This document shows, piece by piece, positions 50,279-64,000 of a DNA stretch of 64,000 bases. Location: assembly GCA_965153455.1 (NCBI GenBank), contig OZ234494.1, forward strand, positions 9,734,001 to 9,798,000, read 5' to 3'. Below the pieces are notes generated by a model, which did no database searches, was not told where the DNA came from, and saw only the letters and a program-made list of their open reading frames with translations. The stretch is from Sphagnum compactum (Eukaryota). Each line of letters starts with the position of its first letter. Positions within the stretch are counted from its first letter, which is position 1. A program made the position numbers and the translations under genes.

Positions 50279-51099
50279 TGACGCGCCCCCAAGTTCCTTC
50301 TTAGACCCAAAAAAAGTCCAACTATGTTAAAGAGCGGAAATAGTTGGAACTTGGTGCCGCTCCCAGCTTCCAGCACTAAAGGAGGTGAGAAGGGCGTGTT
50401 GAAAGCTCCAAGATTAGACTAGGAAGAGGGACAACGTATTTAGTTACTCGGTCCTCCATCAAAACCAACCAACAAGTTGGTTAGATCACATTCGAAATCA
50501 CTCTTGGTGTTGGGACAAGCCACGGGCAACACGGACTCACTTGACTCACCACAGCCCGAACTCGGGGGAAGCCATCACCTTCCCCCATATAGTATTCTCT
50601 GCGTTTGCCCACGACACCTACATCCGAATGGCTATTTGTCCCGGGACTCCCAAGGAGGTGTCCCGAAACTGTCTCGGTTTGCACTCCCGGGACTTTGGAA
50701 GCTCATAACTCTCAGTTCAGACCTCTGATTGGGATGAGGTTTGAAGAAAACTTGTAGCTCTCCTCAAGAGCTTTCCAACGGTGTGTCACACTCCACCTGC
50801 ACACACCGGGATCGGGTCGATTCTCGACTTTTAGTGGTCGGGAGTCAAACTGTCAGTTTGACTCCCGGCCTTTCTTTCGACCATAACTTGTGCTGCAGAT
50901 GTTTGAATGGCTCATGCAAGACCATTTTCGACATCTACACTTCAAGACCTTTTCAACAATATAAAGAACACCTCAATGCGAGGTGTTTTGGCCCCTGAAA
51001 TCAAGCTCTGAGTTTTTGGGAGTCCCGGACGACTACAAGTTCCCACTTTTGGAAGTGTGAGTTTCATCCTCACACTTGCCTCAAAGTGGGGTTGCGACA
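50279..51099 (-). repeat. 3' LTR
   Basis: Direct repeat of 56391-57211. Contains the hairpin CGGGAGTCAAACTG-T-CAGTTTGACTCCCG (50839-50867). Confidence 0.97.
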
Positions 51100-51891
51100 C
51101 TCTCCCCCAGTAGAAGAAAAGGTCAATGTCCTCATTGACACTTAGAATTTTCTCTCACAATTGCAATTGCTTTCTTTTGGATCCTTGGCCATCTTTTGCC
51201 GACTTTTGCGGCTTAAACCTTATCTCAAGCTAACTTAGGCGTCCCCAAGTTTCCAACACTTTCTTGACAAGTCCAGGAGGGTTTCTTGAAAACCCTCTCC
51301 CAATGCTTCGTCAAAAGAGGACTAAACTAGCCTAATTTGACGAAACCCCTCATTTGGGAGGAACTTTTCCATTCTTCCCCTCATGAGGAACTCAAGTCAA
51401 GTCTACTATTGACCTAAGCTACTTGACATGACTCCTTTCCCAATCTCGCGCCTTGATCACAACAACCTAGCCTTAACTAAAAGGTTTGTTTATCAAGGTA
51501 CGAGAAGCAACATTTGGGTTTTGCCTAAACCCAAGTCCCAAGTTACACGATTAAAGTACGCAAACGGGGTCATGACTTCCCGCGTTGGCCGCCACTACCA
51601 ACCAACCCTTTGGGATGCATTTAAAGCATGTGCATGTCCCCACAAGCTCACCTTGCTTGCCTCCTCTTTTGGGGCCAAGTTTCCTTAACCCCAAAGTAGG
51701 AGTCCGATTTTGATTTGGGCCTATGCAAGATAGTTCCATTTGTCCAATACCATTTGACAAACCTATTTGCACTTATACAAAAATCTCGTGATACAATTTC
51801 TTGGAAGTTTTTAGCCTTTAATTCACTTGCAACTTGATGTGGTACATTTTATGTGACACTCTGCCCCACTAAAAGAAAGTTGATGTCCTCA

Positions 51892-54800
51892 TCACGTTCT
51901 ACGTCTCTTCTTTGCCGGTCTAGTGTGAAATTCTTCTATGGCTTCTTGGCCATGTTCCATATCGGATTCACTCACCCAAGAAGCCTCTATTGGATGGTAT
52001 CTTTTCCATTTAACTAAGTATTCCCGCTCTCGTCCTCTTAATTGCCTTGACTTGAGCACGGCCTCCACCTCAAACTCTGGTTCATTATGAACCAAGTCAG
52101 GTGGGGGCCTTGAGTTTTGCTCTCGATTAGGCCTTGAGGCATCGCGGGAGACCGGTTTCAAAAGAGAAACATGAAATGTGGGATGAACTCTAAGATTTTC
52201 TGGTAGTTCTAACTTATAAGTGTCGAAAAGTTTCTTTTCCAACAATTTAAATGGGCCCGCATATGGGCCCAAGAACTTATGATTTAAACCTTCTGGCAAC
52301 CAGAAGTTCTTGATGTTCAACCACACTTCGTCCCCTTCTTGAAACTTCACCTCTCGTCGGGACTTGTCCGCAAAATCCTTGTACCCCTTGTGCGCCTTTT
52401 CCAAGTTGGCCTTGGCCACCTCCCACAAGTGCCGCCTTTCTTCATCAAGTTGTGTGACCATTGGCACTTCCTCACTTGCATCACTCGGGGTTGTCCTTGT
52501 GCTGCCCAAGTCATGGGCAGAATTGGTGACTTGCCCGTCATCATTTGAAATGGGGTGGACCCAGTTGCGGAATGTTCCGAGTTGTAACAAAACTCGCCTA
52601 ACTCCAAATGGTCCACCTAATCTTGTTGGTCCACCGCCACATAATTCCTTAAGAATTGCTGGATCACCAAGTTGACCCTCTTGATTTGTCCATCGGTTTG
52701 GGGGCGGAACAAAGTACTCATCTTGAATTCCGACCCCATACTCTTTCACAAGGCTCGCCAAAACTTGCTTGTGAACTTAGGGTCTCGATTCGAAACTATG
52801 TCCTTTGGGAGGCCATGGTGCTTAAGGACATGTGTGAAGAACAACCTACCTATCTCTTGGGCCGTGGCCTCATCCTTTGTGGAAATGAAGTGTGCCATCT
52901 TGCTAAATCAATCCACCACCACCATGATGGCATAAAATCCCCTTGATGGGGGCAAACTTACCATGAAATCCATGGACACACTTTCCCACGGCCCTTCGGG
53001 AATTGGCAAAGGTTACAACAAACCCGCTTGCTTCTTGTTGAGGGTTCGGTTTTGTTGGCAAGTTAAACAAGTCTTCACATACTCTTCCGCATTATCCTTC
53101 AAGTTAGGGCAATAGTAGGACTGCGTTTTGCACCACGATGGCCCGCAAGCGGTCCATCATGACATTCCTTCAAGATGGTGTCCCTCATCTTCTCTTCCGG
53201 CACATAGAGTCAGTTTTGTTTGTACCACAATAATCCATTTCGTAAATGGAAGTGGGATTTGGCTCCATTTTGAATGTTTTGCCTCACCTCTTTGGCAAAT
53301 GCATCTCGGCAGCTTGCTAGTCAAACTTCCTTTTGAAGTTCTGTCTCTCCCACATACACCACTCTAAGTTGGTGTTTTCGACTCAATGCATTGTGCACTA
53401 TGTTTTCCTTTCCGGGCTTGTGCCGGATGTCCACATTGAACAATGCCAATATGTCTTGCCATCTCACTTGTTTTGATGACAACTTGGGTTGAGTGGCAAA
53501 GTACTTCAAGGTCACATTGTCAGTCCAAACCACCACATCCTTGGAGCCTACATAATGGCCCTAAGTCTTGAAACAATGTGTGACCGCCCACATTTCCTTC
53601 TCGTGTGTTGGCCACCTTCGCTCTGTCTCACTCAACTTCTTGCTTTCAAATGCTACCGGTCTTCCTTCTTGCACTAGGACCCCTCCAATTGCAAAGTCGG
53701 AGGCATCGGAATGGATCTCAAAATCTTTGTCAAAGTCGGGCAACTTCAACACCGACGCCTTCACCAAAATGCATTTCAAGGTCTCAAAGGCTTCGTTGCA
53801 TGCTCCTTCCCATTCATAAGTGACGGCGGATTTCTTCAAGAGGTTTGTCAAGGGTGCGGCTATCTTCGCAAAGTTCTTGATGAACTTGCGATAATAGGAG
53901 GCCAATCCTAAGAAGGATTTTAAGGCCGAAACCAACTTAGGCGGTTCCCAATCCAAAATTGCCTTGACCTTATGATCATCCATCTTCAAACCTTCTTGAG
54001 TTATCCTATGTCCAAGGAAATCCACTTCCGTCACCCCGAATTCGCACTTCTCAAGTTTGGCATACAACTTGTTTTCCCTTAGCCTTTGGAACACCTTGCG
54101 GAGGTGCTCCGCATGCTCCTCCAAGAAGCCACTATAGATCAAAATGTCATCTATGTAGACAACCACAAAGTCATCAAGCCATTCCCGGAAAATGTCATTC
54201 ATGAACGTGCAAAATGTGGCGGGCGCATTGGTGAGCCCCAAAGGCATCACCAAGAACTCATATGAGCCATACCTTGTGCGGCAAGCAATCTTTTCTTCGT
54301 CCCCTTCCGCAATCCGAATTTGGTAATACTCCGAGCGTAAATCAATCCTACTAAACACCTTGGCTCCCGAGAGACGATCAAATAGATCATCGATTCGAGG
54401 CAAAGGATACTGGTTCTTCACCGTTGCCTTATTGAGGGCTCTATAATCCACACACATCCTCAACGTCCCATCCTTCTTGTGAACAAAAAGGACAGGTGCC
54501 CCATATGGTGATTTACTTGGTTTGATATAACCTTTTGCGAGGAGTTTTTCAAGCTGAACCTTAAGCTCTTTCAACTCCTCATGGTTCATTCGATATGGGG
54601 CCTTAACGCGAGGTGCCACTCCCGGCATCACCTCGATCGCATGATCAACTCGTCTTCTCGAGGGCAGGTCTTTGGGCAACTCTTCGAGCATCACATCCAG
54701 GAACTCTTCCAAAACTCGTTTTATGCACTTTGAGGAAGTCACCAACTTGGTCGCTTCCTTGGGCTCAAACTCGTCCAACACCCGCATAACACACACCATG

Positions 54801-56340
54801 CCATAGCCTCCCACGCATTCTCTTTCCCAGGCTTTTCCTAACATAAAGTGGATGGTTGGTCCACCCACACAAGGCAATTCGTGTGCCTTCACCCGCACAA
54901 TCCCACTTTTAGATGGGATTCTAACTAGCCTATTGTGCCCTTCTATGAGCACATTATTTTGGGTGATGAATTCCATTCCCAAAATGCAATCCATTCCACC
55001 CAAGGTGGAAACTAGCAAGTCCACCTTTCCTCTCCAATTTCCTAGTTGGAGAGGCACTTCTTTTGCTTGTAACGTAATGGGATGGGGAACCCCATCCGCG
55101 AAGTGCACCTCGATGGGTGCCTTGAGCTCCTCCAAGTAGAGCTCCATCCTTTCGGCGTTTTCCCGGGTTATGAAGTTGTGAGAAGCCCCTATGTCCAAAA
55201 GACATAACACATCCCGTTTAGCAGTCTTCCCCTTCAAGAAGATAAGTCGATTGCATTCAGGTTGGGCTAGGTTGGCATTGAGGGCAATTACCTTAGAGCC
55301 CCCATTCCCCATTTTGGACTTGGGACAATCTTTGGAGTAATGTCCCACTTCATTGCAATTGAAACATGCTCTTTTGGGTTTCACCCCAAAATCTCCCTTG
55401 GGTTGGCTCGCTTTGAAAGGAGCCCCCTTCTTCACAAAGTTCCCCTTGGGTTTGAACCCCGAGCCTTGGAATTGTTTGGGCTTATCCTTTGTTGGGCTTC
55501 CTTGCCCTCGGTTCCATTCTCCCTCATGCCTGGCTTCTTATGAAAGAACTTGTTGTCCTTCTTGAACCCGGATTTTTCGCTCCGCCCCACATCCGAGAAG
55601 CCTTCCACTTTCGTGATGGCTTCGGATAATGAGGAGGGCCAATTCTCCTCAAGCTTTCGTTTGGCCCAAGTTGGAAGCCCCATCACAAATTGGCACACAC
55701 GGTCCAGCTCATGCATGTGCTGGATCTCAAGCATGAGTTCAGAATAAGCCCTCACATATTGCCTCAAGTTCTCATTTGTGGCATTCACAAGGTCATGGAG
55801 TTTGCACCTTGAGATGTAATCGAAGTTCCTTGGGACAAATTCGGTCTCAACGCGGTCCTTGAAGAACTCCCAAGTGTAGCCATGGTTCTTCCCCTCCTCT
55901 TGTCTCACTGTCCTCCACCATGTGGCGGCATAGCCTTTCAAGTAGGATTGGGCAAGCTCCACGGCCGAATGTCGTCCAACCTTGGCGGCATGTATATAAT
56001 CCTCCATTTCCGCAAGCCAAACATCCACAACTTTTCGGTAATGGGCACCATCGAAGTTCCCGGGTTTGGTCGATTGAAATCTCGAATCTTTGGATGACCC
56101 CCCTTTGAGGGCCGTAACCAACTCATTGAAGTCGGGCCTATTCATTTTGAAAAGGACTTCCAATTGTTCCGGGGTGAATAGTACCGAGCTCCGTTGCTCT
56201 TCCTCACTTTCGGGCTCATCTTGGTCCTCCCGAGGTCTTGGTTCCTCCTCCCCAATTGATTCCGGCGGAACTACTCGATCTTCGACGGGTTCTTCCAACA
56301 TGGTCTCTTGTGCTTGCTTACGGTTCTTCTTGGGTGCCAT
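51892..56340 (-). pseudogene. Disrupted gag-pol polyprotein
   Basis: gag at 56340-55432 with a frameshift at ~55525. CCHC '[14 protein letters not shown]', protease 'LDIGASHNF', RT 'YIDDIL', RNase H '[12 protein letters not shown]', stop at 53561, frameshifted integrase, GPY/F 'YAGPF', chromodomain 'FEVEAVL...EYLVKWK...ASW'. Confidence 0.93.
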
Positions 56341-56390
56341 CCGAAACTCCCAAGAAGTGAATCGAGCTCAACCGGAGCTCTGATACCACG

Positions 56391-57211
56391 TGACGCGCCC
56401 CCAAGTTCCTTGTTAGTCCCAAAAAATGTCCAATTATGTTAAAGAGCGGAAATAGTTGGAACTTGGTGCCGCTCCCAGCTTCCAGCACTAAAGGGGGTGA
56501 GAAGGGCGTGTTGAAAGCTCCAAGATTAGACTAGGAAGAGGGACAACGTATTTAGTTACTCGGTCCTCCATCAAAACCAACCAACAAGTTGGTTAGATCA
56601 CATTCGAAATCACTCTTGGTGTTGGGACAAGCCACGGGCAACACGGACTCACTTGACTCACCACAGCCCGAACTCGGGGGAAGCCATCACCTTCCCCCAT
56701 ATAGTATTCTCTGCGTTTGCCCATGGCACCTACATCCGAATGGCTTTTTGTCCCGGGACTCCCAAAGAGGTGTCCCGAAACTGTCTCGGTTTGGACTCCC
56801 GGGACTTTGGAAGCTCATAACTCCCAGCTTAGACCTCTGATTGGGATGAGATTTGAAGAAAACTTGTAGCTCTCCTCAAGAGCTTTCCAACGGTGTGTCG
56901 CACTCCACCTGCACACACCGGGATCGGGTTGATTCCCGACTTTTAGTGGTCGGGAGTCAAACTATCAGTTTGACTCCCGGCCTTTCTTTCGACCATAACT
57001 TGTGCTGTAGATGTTTGAATGGCTCATGCAAGACCATTTTCGACATCTACACTTCAAGACCTTTTCAACAGTATAAAGAATACCTCAATGCGAGGTGTTT
57101 TGGCCCCTGAAATCAAGCTCTGAGTTTCTGGGAGTCCCGGACGACTCCAAGTTCCCACTTTTGGAAGTATGAGTTTCATCCTCACACTTGCCTCAAAGTG
57201 GGGTTGCGACA
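56391..57211 (-). repeat. 5' LTR
   Basis: Followed on the - strand by CG and the tRNA-iMet PBS. Flanked by TSD TTCCC at 57212-57216. Confidence 0.97.
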
Positions 57212-59689
57212 TTCCCTCTTAATTAACTAAACAACAAAACCAAAGACAATAGAGAAATGACTCTATAACCAATGCTTGGACCAATTCACTAAGCAACAAA
57301 CCCAAAGCTTATTCATAAAGCAATAAAACACAAAACCAAAGACAACAAAAAACCAACTTCATAGCCAATGCCTTTTGATTCACCAAGCAATGAACCTAAA
57401 GTTGATTCACCTAGTAACAAAACAAAAAACCAAAGTCCTTCCCTCCCAATTGACTAAACAAAAAAACTAAAGACAACAAAGAAGCAACTTGGCTATAAAA
57501 CACAACAAAAAAAAGAACCAAAGTGTTTTTAAATAATAAATTTTATATCAAAACTTACTTAATTCGAAACAAAAAGTGCATTGTGAAGGAAACATTTAGT
57601 TCTTGTAAAACAATAAAATGAAACATTTGAAATAGGAACTGAAGTGTTTAATTCTTGCAAAACTCACAATAAAATGAAACACCTAAACAAGAATGAGGTG
57701 TTTGACTATTGCAAAACTAACAATGAAAGGAAACACTAAAAATAGGAAATGAAATGTTTGGTTCTTACAAAGTTCACAACAAAAAAAAAAGACCCAACAA
57801 GTTTATTAAAGAACAATATGAAGCACCTACCAGATGTTACAAAAAGCTTTTAAAAAAACTTCAACTAAAGTGTAGAAAATATGAAGGTGCAAAGCAAATT
57901 GCAAAGTGCCAAAACGAGATTGCAATAAGTTCTCCCTAAACCTTAAACAACATAAACCTTAAATAAAATACATACTTCACAATTTATAATGCATTATTCT
58001 TCATTCACAACACAAGGAGCAAGTATATTAATAAATTACAAACTTACTAATGAAACTACAAAAACCACCACTTGGGCCTTGTGGTTTTGCTAATCGTAGA
58101 TTACTATATGCAGCAACCATCTCTTAGGCATGCCACTACTATGAATGATGGCTTTACTTTGGTATTTTGACTCAATCTTCAATCATGTCAAACATCACAC
58201 AATTTTGCCTTTAATGACAATGGACCAATCGATTCTATTATAAACTTGACGTGCAAGTTGATTAAATGCCTACTAAAATCTAGTATGTCATATCTACATT
58301 GGATGAAGTGGTAGTTGATGTGGTTGGAACAAGTTTAATATCATTTACTTAATTGAAAAATCATATAAGAAATCATTTCATAATAATAATAATCTTTGTT
58401 GAATTGTTGACAAATTGTTGTTGTGCAATGGACCCACAACATGGAACTGTACAAAAACAATTAAAATTTGAACTTAATCTAGTCATATTGTGATTGGGTT
58501 GCAATGCCTTCATCTTGGACCTAGTGACTTAGATGAAAAAAGAGAAAGAAATAAATTTCCAAATTGTTGATGGACTCAATGTTATCTAACATTACGTAAA
58601 TGTGTGCATACATATATGTAATTATAAGTATCATATTTCCTTGTAACGTCAAGATTATTTTCAATCATGTAATTCACATTTCTAAAGTGTCCAATGTGAA
58701 CTTTGCACCCTCACATCTTTGCCCACAATTTCTAAAGCTTTGACCATCTAAACACCATTCACATGGTGATAAATAATGTCATTACAAAACATGCAAACAC
58801 ACATATATTTCAAATGCACTATATTATTATGCAATTATATATTTTCAAAATGCAATTGATTTCTAATGTCTTTCACTTCATTATTAAATTTAATAGTTTT
58901 ATCTCATGAATATATTGAATTTTTAACATCCTTTGAATTTCAAAATGAAAAGAAATTACAAGTTTTTTTCAATATGTATCATAATTAATATAATTATGTT
59001 TTATTTCTTATGTAGGTTGTCAATTTAAATTGTATAACTTAGTTACATCTAATATTCAAATTTATTTAATTTTATATTTTAATTTGATGTGATAATCCTT
59101 TTAACCTCCAAAGATAGAAACATTGCACAAGTTTCATATTTTGACTTGAGCCATTAAATTCAAGTATATGTCTTTATTAAATTTCAATTTTCACAATGAA
59201 ATGAAATTCACTGGTGAGATTATATAATTCAAACTAAAATTTTATGTGATGATTAATAGTAATTATCCAATTTTTAAATTCAAATTTAAAGACATTCAAC
59301 TTACATTAATTCAACAAAACAAATTGAAAATAAATTTAATTTAAATATTGTAATATTATAATATGTAACTTGGTAATGGAATTAATTTCACGTGTGAATT
59401 TTTTTAATAATTTTTTACTATATATAATTTTTATTTTCTTTAATTTTGAATTATACACTTATTAGTGAAAATACCGTGGTTATATGGTGCAAACCATCTA
59501 TGACAAAGAACTACTCCATTCACAAGTAGCAAATTGATTTGATTATTTCTTATTCAACCTTCTATGAATATGAAAATCACTCTATTATCCTTTTTTTGAA
59601 GATTTAATTTCCAAAATTACTTATAAATTAATTGTTTACACTTTAATGCACATACCATATGTAGCATAAAAAAATAGCATTATTGTTAG

Positions 59690-60900
59690 ACATGAAACAT
59701 GGCACTCCACGGTATAGATTGAATGGCCTATTTCAATCACACTAATAGAATTTTGGGCTACATGTAGGTGCCACATCCACCATGTGTACACAACTATTTA
59801 TAATTTGCAACTTTATCAAAAATTAAAGTTAGTCATAACATATATACACACTCACTTTTCATGTTAATAAAAACATACTTAGTCATTTTAAACTAGTAAC
59901 CTTGATTGTATAATTCTCATGTATTCACCCACTCCTAGTGTAAAAACCATGGTTTTATTGTAGTCTTCCACCTTAGGTCCATTGCGTGAATTTCAACTTT
60001 GCCACAAATTTACTTCTCCAACATGATCTAGAATATAGCCAAATGGTTTTTTTTGAGTTCACAATCATGAAAAGATAGATAGAAATGCAGGTCATAAATA
60101 CCATGACATAGTATGAACAAATTATGAATTTTAAAACATGTGGTTTAACTTGACCAAATGTTCAATGTACATGCTTCCTTACAAAATGAACATCATCTTT
60201 ATCATTGGAGATTGCCAATAGGAGAAAGGATGACATCATTTGACCAATGCCCAAAAATAATTTGGCATGGTTTTTTTAAACACTATCTAAAATCACCTTT
60301 TTCTTCTTTCAATCTACCTAATTATCAGTGGATTGTAGCTTGATTAATGTCAGCTTCAATTGACTTTCATCGACCTCAACATGGTGGAAATCCTCGAAAG
60401 CCAAAGGACATGATGTATTAGGGCCAAGCTGCCCGTGATCTTGCAAAGGAAGATGTAGAGGTTAACAACAAACAAATTTGTAACATTGCCAATAAGTTTT
60501 TTATCTTCAAGCATGTTCAACAATTGTTTTTGTGTGTTGTGTTCATTTGTTTTGTTCGGATGTGACCATATTATAATATTCCCAACCCATGTGGTCCTGC
60601 TTCTCTTCCGGTATTGCCAAAAAAACCTTTCAAATTCATCTCTTCCAAAAAACTCATAATTGGGTTTTTCAGATCTTTTAGAGCCTTGAAAAGGAACTTT
60701 CATTTAGAATCTCTTTTTATCTTTTAATAGGTTGTGGCACCTCTTATGGTATGATAAAAGACACATATAGATGAAGTTTTTCCTCCTTGCTTTCATGACT
60801 TAGTTATGGTATTTTCGTAAGGACATCAAATTTAAGCCCATTTCCATTCGAAGATTATTGGGTTGGATGAACGTGACCTTAAAAGAGATTTAATATACAC
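59690..60900 (-). pseudogene. Highly decayed transposon-like coding relic (possibly MULE-related)
   Basis: Fragmentary ORFs (60356-60703) and a 'VDVAPTC' segment at ~59760-59782. Family assignment is weak. Confidence 0.25.
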
Positions 60901-63486
60901 GGGCAAATGGCATGAAGGTTCACTAGTTCAAAATATATATAAATTAAAACTACAATATCATGTGATTTAACAAGCAAAATTAGTTTCACTATGAAATTAC
61001 ATATTAATCATATAATATGTGAAATTTGGAATATATATATGTTTATAACATGCAATGACATTGACATATTTGACTATGTAACTTCAAAATGGACATTGGT
61101 GGCCTACACAACTATAGTCAAATCAAATCATCACTTTGACATGACATATATGATTAAGTTGATGTGATCAATGTCGTAGGATTATCGAATTTATGTATAT
61201 ATGTGTGAAGCTTCGGCATTGGTCTAACTAGATCACTTTGTCCAAATTTTGATATTGAACACTGAACAACATCAATATTAGACCATTCTTTCAAAAATTA
61301 AATGATTTTTTGGAGGGGGTTCAAATGGAATCTAGTCCATTGGTTGGGAATTTGTTGCAAATTGTTATTAAATACAAGCAAATTGTGAAACAAAGCTTTG
61401 ACCTATGCACACAAAATTTCTAAAGAACTCACATCTATGGTCCATTCAAGAAGAACTAATTTACGGCTGAAAGCAAAGTTGTTAACATGGTAAAAACATT
61501 TTCAAAACCATGAATTTAATATATGTTGCAAAGCATGCACTTCATTCTACAAGTCCATTGTAAATTTTTGTCAAATATTAGTGCAAAACAATTGTAATGT
61601 TTGTTCAGGCTTTTCATAAAATTTGTGGAAATATTGAACAATTTTAATTAACAAGAGTGAATTAGTCTAATGCTAGATTTTGAGAGAAAAATTGTACATA
61701 CATGTTTGGATGCACTTGAAAAGCACAAAGCATTTCTAAGACAACTTTACAAAAATATTGGTTAAGAATTGGATTTTAGTTTGGTGGAGTTCTAGAATTA
61801 TTAGTGTTAAATATGTCACATTTAAAATGCACCCTTGAAAATTGTAAATGACATCTAGAAAAAACATTGTAAGACATGATTTAGTTCAACAAGTTCAAGC
61901 AAAAGGTCGACAAATAGGTGTCATTTATCTATTGTGAGTTTTGCTTAAAATTTTGTAATCATAACTTATTGTAAAAGTGATGAGGTGTCTTGACCATATT
62001 GTTATAAATTTAGTTAATACATTGTCACTTTTAACTTTTGTTGAAAAGTCATTTGGCAGAGAAACATTGAAAGCCATGTTGCTGAGAAAAATGTTGTGAT
62101 ATTCTTTTCAAATGTAGTAATGTTCATTCATCAAGAATTTGCAATCATTGTGGGCCTAAAACCTACATAACAATATATATTAGGTCCAAAAAGAAAATGA
62201 AAGAAAACATCTATCTACAGAGGAAGTTAATTTGTTTTGTTTGTCACATTGAGATCTCCAAAATCACAGCACCCATTGTTGTGCTCTTGGTAATGTTGGA
62301 AAGCCCTTGATGAGTATTGGTGCACCAAGTTTGAACATTGACTCATAAGTTTTTAGATCTAAGGTGTGAGAGATATTCAAAATCCAGTTGTGTGCAATTA
62401 CAACTACTACAATTATTCTTGAACCTTGTGCATTAAATGCTGAGTTTCAGCATTTCATACCCAGATTTAATAAAATTTCCTTACATTGCGGATAACACTG
62501 AAAGAGGGGATAGGGGGCGAAAGCAGTGGAGATACGGGGTGAAACAGAGGTCGACTTTCTGGATAACTCTATTGGATAAAATTCAACCTATCCTCACACT
62601 ATACATCATCTAATCAAGACTCTCTCTCCATTGTTCAAGATTTCATGTTAAAGGGTGAGGATGGGGAAATTACTTACTATTTTGGATGTGGTAGACACTA
62701 GTAGAAGCTTGCATACAAGGTATGGGTGGATTTGCTATTTTGAAGGCTTTCCGTAGGTTCACAATTTTGTGCATATAATGAAGAGAACATGTTTCAGGTG
62801 TAAGTTCTAATTCCCACCAAGACATCAGAAATTGGCTGGTCAATGTTGCTTCAAAAATGGGCTTTTCTTTGTTTCTAAAAGTATAGCATCAGAAGCGAAG
62901 GCCTAGCAACAATTTTTTTAGTTTTGTGCCACTTCCACAAGCCTGTCCTTCAACATTCAGATTGGGTCTCAAATCTGCACTAAAATCTTGGTTGACAATA
63001 GAGTGTCTCTGCCAAGCAGGAGCGAATTACCAACCTGAATAAGAAAACAATTGATGACTCCCATACTGGAGTCGGAATTTCTCTATGACTTAGCAGTGCA
63101 GGCAGATCTGTACACAAAACAATCCCGTGGTAGCCAACCCAGCCAGAAAGTGGGTACACTTGCACCTTGGCATGATGTTTGTTGAGCATGATTTGGCACC
63201 GCACAAGCTTCTAAACATTTGTGTTACTCTGAAAATCAGTCAAAAGAGTAAGCACTTATGGTCAATCCCAATGTGAAATCTCACAACAATTCCGCTTCTA
63301 AATGTGTAGCCAAAGATTGCCAAGGTAATGACCAAGGCACACGTCAGCAGTTCTCACCTATTGAACTTCTCTCCTGCTACCTAGTACAAAATGCTACAAC
63401 AGCCTTCTCGTTTAGTTCATCCTTTTAACCCTGCACTTCAATTTTTGTTAAACATCTGCAACCAAGGTCTTCAGATGCCCTGTACT

Positions 63487-64000
63487 TCAATTAAGTTGAT
63501 CACTGGCAACCAGGTCTTCAACATAATCGTACAACACTTGATCATACAATTTCTTGAGCCGTTCCAAGGCTCGCTCCTTGTCCTTCTCTGGTGCTGTTTC
63601 CAGTTGAAAGTGTGCTGCAATGAATTGTTGAAACCCAGAAGCAGCATCAAACTGCCAAAAAAAATTCACTTATAGCATCAATGTCTGGTCCATATCTTTC
63701 TCCATTCGCATCCAATCCCAGACCTTTTTCTGATTGAAGGAAAGTATGGAAAAACTGGTAATTGAAGATTTGCATCACCATGCAAGGAAACTGTACAGTG
63801 ACAAACATATTCCAACCCATTTTGACTGCCAGCAAGATGTATACACCCATATAACTAGTGAATTACCTGGGCTCGACCACCAGCTTCAAAAGCTAACTTT
63901 GCCAAGTTACAAAGATCCACTTTATGGCCAACCACCTGAGGTTTCCCAGTTGGTACTGGCTTGCCTTTGGCTCGCAAATAGTCATATACTGTCTTCACTG
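63487..64000 (-). CDS. 3' end of an ARID/BRIGHT-domain protein gene (exons >64000-63867 and 63651-63487); 5' part lies outside the window
   Basis: 'VKTVYDYLRAKGKPVPTGKPQVVGHKVDLCNLAKLAFEAGGRAQ' splices (CAG|gtaatt...ttggcag|TTT) to 'FDAASGFQQFIAAHF...LKKLYDQVLYDY', matching the ARID pattern (P.V....VDL..L...GG...LK..Y...L..Y). Stop TGA at 63487. Confidence 0.75.

Larger units (their letters stand above)
50279..57211 (-). mobile_element. Full-length Ty3/gypsy chromovirus LTR retrotransposon (Galadriel-like by gag motif and Met PBS; clade inferred)
   Basis: 821-bp LTRs at 50279-51099 and 56391-57211 with TG...CA ends and about 24 mismatches by eye (~97% identical). 5-bp TSD TTCCC, PBS TGGTATCAGAGC (56377-56388), PPT next to 51100. 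Domain order gag-PR-RT-RH-INT-chromodomain. Confidence 0.97.

Noticed and set aside
50477-50998. ORFs duplicated at 56589-57110
   Set aside because: They lie inside the LTRs, so the duplication reflects LTR identity rather than genes.
61080-61950. Protein-like decayed tract on the + strand
   Set aside because: Too degenerate to assign by eye, with no diagnostic motif.

Overview
Eukaryotic land-plant DNA, probably a moss such as Sphagnum (inferred from intron style and TE content, not proven). Host genes: a 3-exon CASP-like gene (13-1140 +), a 16-exon DExH1/DHX36-type RNA helicase (14929-21718 +, with one GC-AG intron), two small plant-specific genes (38621-38902 +, 40897-41295 -) and the 3' end of an ARID-domain gene (63487-64000 -). 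Transposons: a CACTA-type shell (5290-10840) that contains a 154-bp mini-CACTA and a near-intact Lemi1/pogo element, a decayed CRE-like RLE non-LTR retrotransposon (~30030-33120), a hAT relic, several MITEs/foldbacks, and a full-length Ty3/gypsy chromovirus (50279-57211) with a duplicated PPT block. The most unusual signal is a ~3.8-kb decayed coding relic with no obvious introns (42630-46390 -). It carries collinear motifs resembling the RdRp (L protein) of segmented negative-strand RNA viruses and is a candidate endogenous viral element. A miRNA-like hairpin lies at 1366-1714. All alignments and translations were done by eye and no database searches were run.
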